Shown here one piece after another: positions 62,270-64,000 of a stretch of 64,000 bases of DNA (the stretch's first letter is position 1; each line of letters begins with the position of its first letter). Made by a program: the position numbers and the translations under genes. The DNA is taken from NCBI RefSeq assembly GCF_032444005.1, contig NC_091283.1:787090001-787154000 (forward strand), written 5' to 3'. The notes beneath the pieces were generated by a model. It did not search any database. It worked only from the letters and a program-made list of their open reading frames with translations, and had not been told where the DNA came from. This stretch comes from Ranitomeya imitator. Lineage: Eukaryota.

Positions 62270-64000
62270 TGTTAGGCCTTCGAAGCCTGTCTGCGGTCAC
62301 TCCTTCCACTAGACTTCCACTGACCAGACCACTGCTGCCCGTGTACCCCTGGAACCAATTTAAAATTGCCTACAGCCATGTGTGATTATTTTAGGCCGTC
62401 GATGCCTGTCTGCGGTCACTCCTTCCACTAGGCCTCCACTGACCACACCACTGCTGCCCGTGTAACCCTGGAACCAATTTAAAATTGCCTACAGCCAGCC
62501 CAATTTTTTTATTTTAGGCCTTCGATGCCTGTCTGCGGTACATTCTTTCAACTACTACTACACTGACCAGGGCACTGCTGCCCAAGTACCCCTGGAACCA
62601 ATTTAAAATTGCCTACAGCCATGTGTTAATATTTTAGGCCTTCGATGCCTGTCTGCGGTCACTCCTTCCACTAGGCCTCCACTGACCACACCACTGCTGC
62701 CCGTGTAACCCTGGAACCAATTTAAAATTGCCTACAGCCATGTGTTATTATTTTAGGCCTTCGATGCCTGTCTGCGGTCACTCCTTCCACTAGGCCTCCA
62801 CTGACCTGTCTACTGCGGCCCGTGTACCCCTTGAACCAACCTAATAAAATATTTAAAAAATTAATTTGATTATAAAAAATAAGATCGTGTTGAGATCTCA
62901 AATGCAGACATTTTAACATTAAAAACAAACACACAACAAAAATCTGGAACTGTACTAAAAAGGTCCACCAGCTACAATTACTTTCTCCTGCAAGAAGTTA
63001 ACTGAAAGGTTTTTTTGGAGTTGTTAACACAGATATGGCATCCACCGAGTGTTGTCCTGTCGCGTCTCCTTTAAATTATTTCCAATAAGATGTTAAACTA
63101 TTAATTTAATAAAATCAATAATTAAAAAAATAATTGAGTAAGTCAAAAGCACATTGCAAATAAACATTAATTACAAATCAAGAAGCATGGCGCGTCCGAG
63201 GGTGAGTAGATACCGAATAAGAATATAATCACCCTCGGGCGCGCAATGCTTATTTACAACAGCCTTCCTTCCTAAGAATCAGCCCTTCCGTGGTGTAGAG
63301 AGAGGTTGTTGTTACACTCCAAGGTGTTCCCCAGGTTGCCTTTCCTGAGCTTCGATCTTCCGGCTCTCGTTTACTAGCTGTTGGAAACTACGCTGCATTA
63401 GGCCTACAAATTGTGTATGGGTGAAACAGTGGCGCATCTGCGGTCCCTCCTTCCACTAGGCCTCCACTGACCTGTCTACTGCTGCCCGTGTACCCCTTGA
63501 ACCAACATCTTAAAATAAAAAAATAATTATTTTGATTATAAAAAATAAGATCGTGTTGAGATCTCAAATGCAGACATTTTAACATTAAAAACAAACACAC
63601 AACAAAAATCTGGAACTGTACTAAAAGGTCCACCAGCTACAATTACTTTCTCCTGCAAGAAGTTAACTGAAAGGTTTTTTTGGAGTTGTTAACACAGATA
63701 TGGCATCCACCGAGTGTTGTCCTGTCGCGTCTCCTTTAAATTATTTCCAATAAGATGTTAAACTATTAATTTAATAAAATCAATAATTAAAAAAATAATT
63801 GAGTAAGTCAAAAGCACATTGCAAATAAACATTAATTACAAATCAAGAAGCATGGCGCGTCCGAGGGTGAGTAGATACCGAATAAGAATATAATCACCCT
63901 CGGGCGCGCAATGCTTATTTACAACAGCCTTCCTTCCTAAGAATCAGCCCTTCCGTGGTGTAGAGAGAGGTTGTTGTTACACTCCAAGGTGTTCCCCAGG
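62270..64000. repeat. Right subterminal repeats of hAT copy 2: about 119-bp units plus a tandem duplication of about 666 bp
   Basis: CTGACCTGTCTACTGC at 62801 and 63467, followed by near-identical sequence. Confidence 0.88.

Larger units (their letters stand above)
54612..64000 (+). mobile_element. hAT DNA transposon copy 2 (right end beyond the window)
   Basis: Left TIR TAGGGTTGAGCGA at 54612, preceded by GTGCTAAG; colinear with copy 1; intact ORF. Confidence 0.95.

Overview
Vertebrate genomic DNA, very likely anuran (inferred from the TE families and CpG decay). The only host coding sequence I can support is TMEM26 coding exon 1 (minus strand, 44890-44700, phase-2 donor). I found no exon 2 in the window, so 1-44699 is probably a very large, TE-filled intron 1 and 44891-64000 is 5'UTR/upstream. 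Most of the window is nested transposons. It holds two large hAT elements of one family: one complete with an 8-bp TSD and a 1-nt frameshift, one with an intact 1192-aa BED-finger transposase ORF that runs off the window end. Related hAT MITEs, five or six Tc1 copies (one with an open DD34E ORF), Tc2-like, Harbinger, piggyBac-like and Kolobok/T2-like MITEs and two tRNA-derived SINEs are also present. There is also a deleted Gmr1-like gypsy element (SCAN-like gag, integrase before RT) and a solo LTR with a 6-bp TSD. The least expected signal is a set of five short Penelope-like tails carrying degenerate minimal hammerhead-ribozyme motifs. One sits at the centre of a 1.1-kb inverted repeat whose second arm starts at the predicted self-cleavage site. 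There is one assembly gap (33104-33235). All calls are by eye from sequence; no database searches or folding were run.
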